Position numbers and translations under genes: made by a program. The notes under the pieces were generated by a model that was not told the DNA's origin, did no database searches, and worked only from the letters and a program-made list of their open reading frames with translations. 39,748 bases of DNA from the NCBI GenBank assembly GCA_050011075.1, contig JBEKJT010000001.1, positions 1 to 39,748 on the forward strand. Direction: 5' to 3'. The DNA comes from Thermoplasmata archaeon (GTDB lineage: Archaea; Thermoplasmatota; Thermoplasmata; Lutacidiplasmatales; UBA184). Of the stretch, positions 5,273 through 13,031 are shown one piece after another; the stretch's first letter is position 1, and each line of letters starts with the position of its first letter.

Positions 5273-6280
5273 ATGTCGTTTAACCCCCCCACGCCGCCCC
5301 CTCGCCGGACGGTGCCGCTGGCCTGGGTCGTGGTGATCGTCCTGGTCTTCGCAGGAGTAGGAGTCGCCCTGACCGCGGTCCTGACCGCGCCCTCATCGGG
5401 CTCGACTCCCGGCGCGACCACGGTGACCGACGACCTCGGCCGGACCGTAGAGGTTCCGAGCGATCCGGCCCGGGTGGCGGTCCTCAGCCCGAGCATCATG
5501 GACAGCATGTACCGACTCGGACTGCGAAGCCACGTCGTCGCGGTGGATTGCTACGCCGCGAGTTTCGGAGGACTGTCCGAGGACTACTCCGCGGACCAGG
5601 TCGCCCTCTGGAACCTCTCCTCTTCGATGTGCGTTCAGGTAGGGCCCACGTTCGTCCCCTCGATGCTGGTCGACCTCGCGCCCGACCTGGTCCTCGCGTC
5701 CACGATCGTATCGATCGCCGACGTCGAGGAGATCACGAGCCAGCTGCACGTACCGGTCGTCATGCTCCAGCCCCCGACGATGAGCGGCATTCTGGTGGAC
5801 GTTTCGTTGATCGGGGTGATCTTCGGGGTCGAGGCAGCCGCAGCTGCTCTGAACGGGCAGCTGTCGACGGAGCTCTACGCGGCCACGAACACTACCGCGA
5901 CGGCTTCGGTGTTCCCGTCCGTCCTGCTCACGTACTCGGTCGACGAGAACGGGTACTGGACCTTTGGTCCCGGAACGTTCGGCCAGTCCCTCCTCGAGCT
6001 CACCGGGGCCGTCGGTCTCGGCGCGACGGCCGGCTTCCCGTACCCTGAGCTCTCGCCCCAGCAGGTGCTCTCCGCCGACCCTACCTGGATCGTCTACGGA
6101 GTTGGCTTCGGTTTGAACGAAAGCACGTACGCCTCGGGTCCGGATTGGTCGAACATTCCCGCCGTACAGCAGGGGAACGTTTCCGGGATCGACTCGAATT
6201 GGATTACGGAGCCGGACCCGACCATGGTCCTTCAGGGGATCCCTACGCTCCTCGCGCTGTTTCACCCACCGACGCCCTGA
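5273..6280 (+). CDS. ABC transporter substrate-binding protein, iron-siderophore/cobalamin (FecB/BtuF, PF01497-like) type, N-terminally membrane anchored
   Basis: 'TVTDDLGRTVEVPSDPARVAVLSPSIMDSMYRLGL...VVAVD' is a typical cluster-A SBP N-lobe. An N-terminal TM segment follows the ATG at 5273. The track ORF starts at GTG 5255. Confidence 0.85.
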   Translation: MSFNPPTPPPRRTVPLAWVVVIVLVFAGVGVALTAVLTAPSSGSTPGATTVTDDLGRTVEVPSDPARVAVLSPSIMDSMYRLGLRSHVVAVDCYAASFGGLSEDYSADQVALWNLSSSMCVQVGPTFVPSMLVDLAPDLVLASTIVSIADVEEITSQLHVPVVMLQPPTMSGILVDVSLIGVIFGVEAAAAALNGQLSTELYAATNTTATASVFPSVLLTYSVDENGYWTFGPGTFGQSLLELTGAVGLGATAGFPYPELSPQQVLSADPTWIVYGVGFGLNESTYASGPDWSNIPAVQQGNVSGIDSNWITEPDPTMVLQGIPTLLALFHPPTP

Positions 6281-6360
6281 ACCTCCGACCGGAAACGTAC
6301 GGGGGTCGGGACACGCACGGACCTCGACCGCCGTCGCAGCCCCGCCACCCGGTACGGACC

Positions 6361-7416
6361 GTGGCACTCCTCGCGATCGGCGTCGCGGGAGTGGTCGTGG
6401 GTTCCGTGGTCCTCGAGTCCGTACTGCTGCGCCCCCACCCCATCCCGGCGCTCACCTCGCTCTACATCCTTCTCCATGCCTTCAGCGGAGGTCGTCTGTA
6501 TCCGAACCCCTGCGAGGGGGTTGCTCTCGGACCCGCGGGGTGCCCCGGGGCGGTCTTCATCATCGAGAGCATCGCCCTCCCCGAGATCCTCTTAGCCCTG
6601 ATCGTGGGCGCCGCCCTAGGACTTTCGGGCGGTGCCCTCCAGGGGGTCTTCCGTAACCCGCTCGCGGACCCGTTCCTCCTCGGGATCTCGAGCGGAGGCA
6701 CCCTCGGTGCTGCGATTGTTTACGTCTACCATTTCCGGGAGGCCCAGGCCGACCTCTACCTCCCCCTCTTCGCGTTCCTCGGCGCGGTGGGAACCGGGCT
6801 GCTCATCTTCACGATCGCCCGGGGGCGTTCCAGTTCGGTGGAGACCGTCCTGCTCTCAGGGGTCGCGGTCGCAAATCTCCTGTCCGCCGTCCTCTCCCTC
6901 GTGCTCCTCTCCAATCCGTTCGGAGCGGAACAGGTCACCTTCTGGCTCCTCGGAGGCCTCTCGCTCGCCTCGTGGACCGTCGATGGGATCGCCTTCGGAG
7001 GAGTCCTCGTGCTCGGCACCGTGCTATGCCTGTTCGGGCGCGAGCTCAATCTCCTACAGCTCGGCCCCGAGGTCGCTCAGAGCGCCGGAGTCGATGCCCC
7101 TCGCGTGCGCATGACCGTCATCCTGCTGGCGTCGCTCACGACCGCGGTCGCGGTCGCGTTCACCGGCATCATTGGCTTCGTGGGCCTCGTATCCCCCCAC
7201 ATCGTGCGACGCTTGGCCGGCTCGGACTACCGGGTCGTGCTTCCCGGGGCCGCGGCGGTCGGCGCTCTTCTCCTCCTGGGAGCCAACGACGTGAACGTCC
7301 TGGCATTTCCCTCGTCGTACCTTCCCCTCGGGATCTTCACGGCGTTCGCCGGTGTACCGTTCTTCTTGATCCTCCTGTTGCGGCGGCGGCGGGGAACGCC
7401 GATGGGTCCGGCATGA
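6361..7416 (+). CDS. ABC transporter permease, FecCD/BtuC family
   Basis: 'FRNPLADPFLLGISSGGTLGAA' is the FecCD signature and the protein is polytopic. The listed ORF (from 6145) overlaps the SBP gene. The first in-frame start after the SBP stop is GTG 6361, so the start is uncertain. Confidence 0.85.
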   Translation: MALLAIGVAGVVVGSVVLESVLLRPHPIPALTSLYILLHAFSGGRLYPNPCEGVALGPAGCPGAVFIIESIALPEILLALIVGAALGLSGGALQGVFRNPLADPFLLGISSGGTLGAAIVYVYHFREAQADLYLPLFAFLGAVGTGLLIFTIARGRSSSVETVLLSGVAVANLLSAVLSLVLLSNPFGAEQVTFWLLGGLSLASWTVDGIAFGGVLVLGTVLCLFGRELNLLQLGPEVAQSAGVDAPRVRMTVILLASLTTAVAVAFTGIIGFVGLVSPHIVRRLAGSDYRVVLPGAAAVGALLLLGANDVNVLAFPSSYLPLGIFTAFAGVPFFLILLLRRRRGTPMGPA

Positions 7417-8744
7417 TCGACCGAGAGCCCACCGCCGCGGTCCGTCTGGACGCGGTCAGCGCGGCCTACGGTGCGCGGACCGCCCTCCACGAAATCTCGC
7501 TATCGATCGCTCCGGGCGAGTTTCTCGCACTCACGGGGCCGAACGGCTCGGGCAAGACGACCCTGTTGCGTACAGTCCTCGGATTTCTCGCGCCGACCCG
7601 CGGCCGGGTCGAGGTCCTCGGATCTCGGGTCGACACCCTTTCCCCGCGCGAACGTGCCCGTCGCGTCGCCTGGGTGCCCCAGGACGAACAGGCGCGGGAC
7701 GACGTGCCGCTGCGCGAGTACGTGCTCTACGGACGCTACCCGCACCACGGATGGCTCGAGACCGAGACCGCCGAGGAGCGCCGCCTCGCCGATTCCACTC
7801 TGGAGGCCGTGGGTCTGACGGAACTCGCGGGACAGGGACTGCTCACGATCAGCGGAGGGGAGCGGCAACGCGCGACGCTCGCGCGAGCCCTCGTGCAATC
7901 GACCCCGGTGCTGTTGCTGGACGAGCCGACCGCCCATCTTGACATCGCCCACCAGCTTGACATCCTCGGCCGCGTCCGCGCACTCACCCGCGAACGCAAC
8001 GTGACCGTGATCGCCGCCCTGCACGACCTCAACCTGGCCGCCCGCTTCTCCGATCGGATCGTCGTGCTCTCCCGCGGACGGCTCGTGGCCGACGGTCCGC
8101 CGGCTTCCGTGCTCTCCGAGGAGCTCGTGGCCCGCGTGTGGGGGATCTCTGCCGACCTCCACCGGGAACCCCGGACAGGGATCCCCTTTCTCGTCCCCCG
8201 CCATTTGCTCGCCGACATCCCCTCCGACCGGACCACCCCGACCCTCGGGCCGGTGCATGTGGTCGGTGGGGGCGGCGCGGCAGCTCCGATCCTGCGGGTG
8301 CTCTCGGACGAAGGTTTCACTGTGACGGTCGGCGCGCTCCACCTCCTGGACTCGGACACCGAGACCGCCGAAGCCCTCGGGCTGGCGACGGCGATCGAGG
8401 GGCCGTTCGCGCCGTTGGGACCCCGGGCCCGCGAACGCCACCGACGCCTGCGGTCGGCGGCCCGCGCGATCGTGGTCGCGCCGTTCGTCGTGGGTCCGTC
8501 CAATCTCGCCAACCTCGAGGACCTTCGCGAATCGGTCGATTCCACCCCCACCTTCCTGATCGGTCGGCCCCCGGTCACCGAGCGGGATTTCAGCGGCGGT
8601 CGGGCGACCGAGATCTATCGCGAGCTCCTGCGCCGGGGCGCGACGGAAGTGCCCGACCTAGCGACGCTCTTGCCGCTGCTGCGCCGAACGCTGGGCTCGG
8701 CTCCGCCGAACGGTCGAGGCTCGCCGGCCGGACCCGAGCGATAG
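7413..8744 (+). CDS. ABC transporter ATP-binding protein (FepC/BtuD-like) with an extra ~180-aa C-terminal domain
   Basis: Walker A GPNGSGKTT, signature ISGGERQR, Walker B LLLDEPT and H-loop ALHDLN are all present. The ATG at 7413 overlaps the permease stop (ATGA). The track ORF 6972..8744 carries a spurious N-terminal extension. Confidence 0.9.
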   Translation: MIDREPTAAVRLDAVSAAYGARTALHEISLSIAPGEFLALTGPNGSGKTTLLRTVLGFLAPTRGRVEVLGSRVDTLSPRERARRVAWVPQDEQARDDVPLREYVLYGRYPHHGWLETETAEERRLADSTLEAVGLTELAGQGLLTISGGERQRATLARALVQSTPVLLLDEPTAHLDIAHQLDILGRVRALTRERNVTVIAALHDLNLAARFSDRIVVLSRGRLVADGPPASVLSEELVARVWGISADLHREPRTGIPFLVPRHLLADIPSDRTTPTLGPVHVVGGGGAAAPILRVLSDEGFTVTVGALHLLDSDTETAEALGLATAIEGPFAPLGPRARERHRRLRSAARAIVVAPFVVGPSNLANLEDLRESVDSTPTFLIGRPPVTERDFSGGRATEIYRELLRRGATEVPDLATLLPLLRRTLGSAPPNGRGSPAGPER

Positions 8745-9551
8745 CACATCGAGGGGCGGGGGGTTTGGGACCGCGAACGACGCGAGGAGCCGTGGAAGGT
8801 CGCGCTCGAGGACGAACAGAGTGCTCGGCACGCCGAGTCGTGCGGCCTCCACGCACGTGGTCGCGGGGGCGAACCGGACGATCGCCCGGGAGGTGACGCG
8901 GCGCAGCGTATGGTACGGTTCCAGTCCCTCGGCGGCGAGGACCGCGTTCGGAGCCGGGAGGGCCTCCGCCACTCGCCCCCGGAGTCGGGGGTCCTCGAGG
9001 TCGGCCTCGGAGATCGTGCGCACGGCCACCACGGCCGGCTCGAGCGAAACGATTCCTTCGAGGTTCCCAACCTCCACAAGCTCGCCGGTGCGGGCGGCTC
9101 GCACGGCCTTCCCACGGGACGGGCCGCCCCCCCCGGGACGGGCGGAGAGCAGGCCTTCGCGCAGCTCCAGGGAGACGGGGGCGCCGACCCGGAGCGGGGC
9201 GGTGGCCACGGCGCGGGTCGACCGGATCACGTGCAATCTCGCGATTCGGACCCGGACGTCGTCGGCGAGGCGGGCCAGGGTCCCGTGGAGCCAGGCGACC
9301 CCTTCCACGGTCGGCCGGTATCGGCCCTCGCGCACTTCCACGAGCCCGCGGCGGCGCAACTGGCGGAACGAGTGCGAAGCCGCCTGGACGGTAAGGCCTA
9401 GGCCCTCGGCGACCGGGCGAAGCTGCGTGGGCTCGGTCGTCGCACAGGCGTAGAGGAACAGAAGCTCGGTGACGGAACCGCTGCGCCGTAGGGCCCCGAG
9501 ACCGTCCACGGCCACGAGGGAGCGGTCGGTGGTCGCCATCCCTCCCCGCAC
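8658..9551 (-). CDS. Putative winged-helix transcriptional regulator with an uncharacterised C-terminal domain
   Basis: The N-terminus 'ELLFLYACATTEPTQLRPVAEGLGLTVQAASHSFRQLRRRGLVEVREGRYRPTVEG' looks like a MarR/TrmB-type wHTH. The 3' end overlaps the convergent ABC ATPase gene by 87 nt. Confidence 0.55.
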   Translation of the reverse strand: MRGGMATTDRSLVAVDGLGALRRSGSVTELLFLYACATTEPTQLRPVAEGLGLTVQAASHSFRQLRRRGLVEVREGRYRPTVEGVAWLHGTLARLADDVRVRIARLHVIRSTRAVATAPLRVGAPVSLELREGLLSARPGGGGPSRGKAVRAARTGELVEVGNLEGIVSLEPAVVAVRTISEADLEDPRLRGRVAEALPAPNAVLAAEGLEPYHTLRRVTSRAIVRFAPATTCVEAARLGVPSTLFVLERDLPRLLASFAVPNPPPLDVLSLGSGRRASTVRRSRAQRSAQQRQERR

Positions 9552-9596
9552 CCACCGAGCGAGTACAACAGCTTTGCCGGTGACGGCAAATCCTCT

Positions 9597-11642
9597 TTAC
9601 CGGGCGGTCGCCGCAGGGCGGCGGGAGGTTCGTTCCTCGGCCGACCGCCGTAACTCCCGGACCCGGTCGCGGATGCGGGCGGCCTCTTCGAAGTCGAGCT
9701 GTTCGGCCGCGAGGCGCATCTCCTCCTCGAGATTGGCGAGGAGGAGCGGGAGCCGTCCCTTCCACTTGGGCCCGAGGCCCGAGGTGGAGAGCTCGCCCGA
9801 GGGCGCCGCCTCCTCCGGAGCGAGGAGGGCCCGGACCTCCTTGCGGATGCTTTCGGGGACGATCCCGTGGGCACGGTTGTACTCGAGCTGGGCTTCGCGA
9901 CGGCGCGCCATCTCATGGATCGCGCGCTGCATCGAACCGGTCGTGCGGTCGGCGTAGAGGATGACCTTCCCGTCGACGTTGCGGCTCGCGCGCCCGGCGG
10001 TCTGGATGATCGACGTCTCGCTGCGCAGATAGCCCTCCTTGTCGGCGTCCAGGATCGCGACGAAGCTGACCTCGGGTAGGTCGAGGCCTTCCCGCAGGAG
10101 GTTGATCCCCACCAGGACGTCAAAGCGGCCGAGCCGCAGGTCTCGGAGGATCTCGACCCGCTTCATCGTCTCGACCTCCGAGTGCAGGTACCGGACCTTG
10201 AGCCCGAGGTTCGCGAGATAGTTCGCGAGCTCCTCGCTCGTCGCCTTCGTGAGCGTGGTGACGAGGGCGCGGTCGCCCCGCTCGATGCAGGCCCTCAGCT
10301 CGCGGACGAGGTCGGCGATGTGGCCCTCGAGCGGCCGAATCTCGATGGGTGGGTCGATGAGCCCGGTCGGCCGGATGATCTGTTCGACGAGGCCCTTCGA
10401 CATCTTGCGCTCGAAAGGTCCGGGGGTGGCCGAGACGAACACCGCCTGGGGCACGTGCTCGAGGAACTCGGGGAACTTCAGCGGCCGGTTATCGCGGCAG
10501 GACGGGAGGCGCCAGCCGAACTCGACCAGGTTGTCCTTGCGACTCCGGTCGCCCTTGTACATCCCCTGGAGCTGGGGGACCGTGACGTGGGACTCGTCAA
10601 GGAAGCACAGGAAGTCGTCAGGAAAGAAGTCGAGCAGCGTGTAGGGCGGCTCGCCCGGCTTGCGCCCGGAGAAGTAGCGGGCGTAGTTCTCGACGCCCGA
10701 GCAGTAACCGGTCTCCCGTATCATCTCGAGGTCGTAGTCGACCCGTCCCTTGAGCCGCTGGGCCTCGACGATCTTCTCCTTGCGCTGGAGCTCGGCAACC
10801 CGGATATCGCGCTCTTTCTCGATCTCCGCGAGGATCCCCCGGAGTCGCTCGTCCACGGTGAGGAAGTGGGTCGCCGGGAAGATCGCGAGGTCGCTGAGCT
10901 CGCGCTGCTCCTCCCCGGTCACGGGGTGGAGCTCGGCGATTGCGCTTACGCGGCTCCCATCGAGGATGAGGCGGTGCACCGTCTCGCCCGCGCCCATCAC
11001 GTCGATCGTCCCTCCGCGCACCCGGAAGCGTCCGCGCTTGAGCTCGTAGTCGTTGCGGGCGTACTTCATCCGGACGAGTTGCTCGATCAACGATTGTCGG
11101 GAGATGGTCTGGCCGACCACGAGGTCGACCACCGACGCGCGGTAGTCCTCGGGCGAGCCGAGTCCGTAGATACAACTGACCGACGCGACGATGAGGACGT
11201 CCCGTCGCGACAGCAGCGCCTGTGTCGCTCGATGACGGAGGCGGTCGATCTCCTCGTTGATCGAAGCGTCCTTCTCGATGTAGAGGTCGATCTGGGGGAC
11301 GTACGCCTCGGGCTGGTAGTAGTCGTAGTAGCTCACGAAGTACTCGACCGCGTTGTGGGGGAACAGCGCGCGGAACTCGCTCACGAGCTGGGCCGCGAGG
11401 GTCTTGTTCGGACTGACGACCAGGGTCGGCCGCTGGAGCCGTGCGACCGTGTGGGCCATCGTGAACGTCTTGCCGCTGCCGGTGACCCCGAGCAGCGTGA
11501 CGTACTTCTCGCCCTTCTCGGTTCGTCGGACGATCTCCTCGATCGCCTGAGGTTGATCCCCCTGGGGGACCATGTCGGTCTCGAGCTGGAACCGGCCGGG
11601 GAGCTCGGGGTGCCGGTTCGTCTTAATGGGCCGGGCGGTCAT
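9597..11642 (-). CDS. uvrB: Excinuclease ABC subunit B (UvrB)
   Basis: 'PQGDQPQAIEEIV', Walker A 'GVTGSGKT', helicase motifs and the C-terminal UVR motif 'AAEQLDFEEAARIRDRVRELR' are present. The true start is ATG 11642 (MTARPIK), overlapping the upstream stop. The 175-aa N-terminal extension of track ORF 9597..12167 is off-gene. Confidence 0.95.
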   Translation of the reverse strand: MTARPIKTNRHPELPGRFQLETDMVPQGDQPQAIEEIVRRTEKGEKYVTLLGVTGSGKTFTMAHTVARLQRPTLVVSPNKTLAAQLVSEFRALFPHNAVEYFVSYYDYYQPEAYVPQIDLYIEKDASINEEIDRLRHRATQALLSRRDVLIVASVSCIYGLGSPEDYRASVVDLVVGQTISRQSLIEQLVRMKYARNDYELKRGRFRVRGGTIDVMGAGETVHRLILDGSRVSAIAELHPVTGEEQRELSDLAIFPATHFLTVDERLRGILAEIEKERDIRVAELQRKEKIVEAQRLKGRVDYDLEMIRETGYCSGVENYARYFSGRKPGEPPYTLLDFFPDDFLCFLDESHVTVPQLQGMYKGDRSRKDNLVEFGWRLPSCRDNRPLKFPEFLEHVPQAVFVSATPGPFERKMSKGLVEQIIRPTGLIDPPIEIRPLEGHIADLVRELRACIERGDRALVTTLTKATSEELANYLANLGLKVRYLHSEVETMKRVEILRDLRLGRFDVLVGINLLREGLDLPEVSFVAILDADKEGYLRSETSIIQTAGRASRNVDGKVILYADRTTGSMQRAIHEMARRREAQLEYNRAHGIVPESIRKEVRALLAPEEAAPSGELSTSGLGPKWKGRLPLLLANLEEEMRLAAEQLDFEEAARIRDRVRELRRSAEERTSRRPAATAR

Positions 11643-12469
11643 GGCCGGGGTACCGAAGACCGAAGTTTCCCCCGATAGCCGGAGGGGTCGAGCGATACCG
11701 AACCGAACCCGAGCGATCGCACTTGTCGTTCGACCTCGGAGGCCAAGGGCTCCTGGAGAAGACGGGAGACCTCCTCCGGATCCACTTCGATCCGGGCGTC
11801 GTTCGCCCGCACACGGACGCGCACACGTCGGAACCCTCGGTCGAGCAGCACCGACTCCGCGGCCTCCACCCGGTGCAAGAGGTCCGCCGTGATCGGGTCC
11901 CCGTGGGCGATCCGTGAGGCGAGACAAGCGTCGGAAGGTTGCTCGGAGTTCGGGAGGCGGCGAACCCTTGCGGCCGCTCGAACGTCCGCCTTCGTCCATC
12001 CGGCCCAGAGAAGTGGGTGGGTGAACCCGGCCTCGTTCATCGCCCTGAGCCCCGGCCGCTCGTCCGAAAGGTCGTCGAGATGGACCCCGTCGAGGAACTG
12101 GCGGACGGACCGGGTCGCCCCGTAGACACGGAGCCGGTCGGTCTCGACCGAGCGACAGAAGTAGCACCGGTCGGGCCGGTTCTCCCGGTACTCGGATTGG
12201 ACGAGCGGGTCCACGTCGAGGACCACGTGGTCGATACCCACCGACCGTGCGACCGCTCGGGCCCGTTCCACCTCACGTTCCGAGACGGAAGGTCCCGAGA
12301 GCGTCACGGCGATGGCGCGCGGGCCGAGCGCTTCCCGCGCGAGGGCCGCCACGACCGCGGAGTCCACCCCGCCGGACAGGGCCACCAAGGTCGGCCCGCC
12401 TTCGCGGAGATGGGCGACGATCTCCGCCTCCGAACGACGCGCCGACCCCCCATCCTGAGCCGCGGCCAT
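11639..12469 (-). CDS. PP-loop ATP pyrophosphatase of the LarE / TIGR00268 type (ATP-dependent sulfur transferase-like)
   Basis: PP-loop 'ALSGGVDSAVVAA', 'CYFCR' and the conserved 'SDACLASRI' Cys motif are present. Confidence 0.8.
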   Translation of the reverse strand: MAAAQDGGSARRSEAEIVAHLREGGPTLVALSGGVDSAVVAALAREALGPRAIAVTLSGPSVSEREVERARAVARSVGIDHVVLDVDPLVQSEYRENRPDRCYFCRSVETDRLRVYGATRSVRQFLDGVHLDDLSDERPGLRAMNEAGFTHPLLWAGWTKADVRAAARVRRLPNSEQPSDACLASRIAHGDPITADLLHRVEAAESVLLDRGFRRVRVRVRANDARIEVDPEEVSRLLQEPLASEVERQVRSLGFGSVSLDPSGYRGKLRSSVPRP

Positions 12470-12545
12470 GAGCCCTTGGGGGAGGCGCCCGACCAGTTAC
12501 CGTTTGCGCGCAACTTCCTTAGCGCGTCGTTCGATGAGGTCGACG

Positions 12546-12986
12546 ATGCAGGCCGTGCGGGAAGGGAACCGATGGATGTTACGCCTGGAGGACGGTCAGG
12601 ATCTCTTCGAAACGCTGACGGAATGGGCACGAACGGAGGACATCCGGGCTGCAGTCATCGTCTCGGGGATCGGGATGTTCCGTAGCGCCACGATCGGATA
12701 CTGGGACGGGTCTCAATACCGGCCGCAGGAGCTCACGGTCGCTCACGAGGTCGTCGCCCTTCACGGGTCGATCGCCCGCGCGGACGGGGCCCCTTCCCTT
12801 CACCTTCACGCGGGCCTGGCCGGACCCGACCACCACCTGGTCGGGGGCCACCTCATGCGCGCCACCGTCGGGGTCCTCCAAGAGGTCGTCGTGGAAGTGT
12901 TTCCGGGGCGAACGTTCGGTCGACCCATGGCGGAGAGCTTCGGTCTGCGGATGCTCGACCTCGAATCCGGCCACGAGAGCGGGTGA
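12546..12986 (+). CDS. PPC (DUF296) domain protein
   Basis: 'RWMLRLEDGQDLFETLTEWARTEDIRAAVIVSGIGMF...LHGSI......HLHAGL' follows the PPC/DUF296 pattern. The start is ATG 12546 or 12534. Confidence 0.7.
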   Translation: MQAVREGNRWMLRLEDGQDLFETLTEWARTEDIRAAVIVSGIGMFRSATIGYWDGSQYRPQELTVAHEVVALHGSIARADGAPSLHLHAGLAGPDHHLVGGHLMRATVGVLQEVVVEVFPGRTFGRPMAESFGLRMLDLESGHESG

Positions 12987-13031
12987 CCCGACACACCTTT
13001 CCGCCGGCCCCCGGTCCCGCACGTCCCCTCC

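Noticed and set aside
8658-8744. Convergent 3'-end overlaps (8658-8744, 27772-27833, 34393-34418, 18225-18228) as possible antisense regulation
   Set aside because: Stop codons are rare in this G+C-rich DNA, so convergent genes commonly run into each other. There is no additional sequence feature pointing to regulation.
8590-9765. 391-aa minus-strand ORF and other overlapping ORFs (8138..8896, 8615..9115, 8821..9453)
   Set aside because: They are Arg/Pro/Gly-rich alternates of the frame that encodes the wHTH protein (8658..9551). None has domain-like sequence.
10182-12167. ORF 10182..11678 (+) antisense to uvrB, and the first 175 aa of ORF 9597..12167
   Set aside because: UvrB homology starts at ATG 11642. 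The upstream part lies off-frame over the LarE-like gene, and the antisense ORF is compositionally biased with no motifs.
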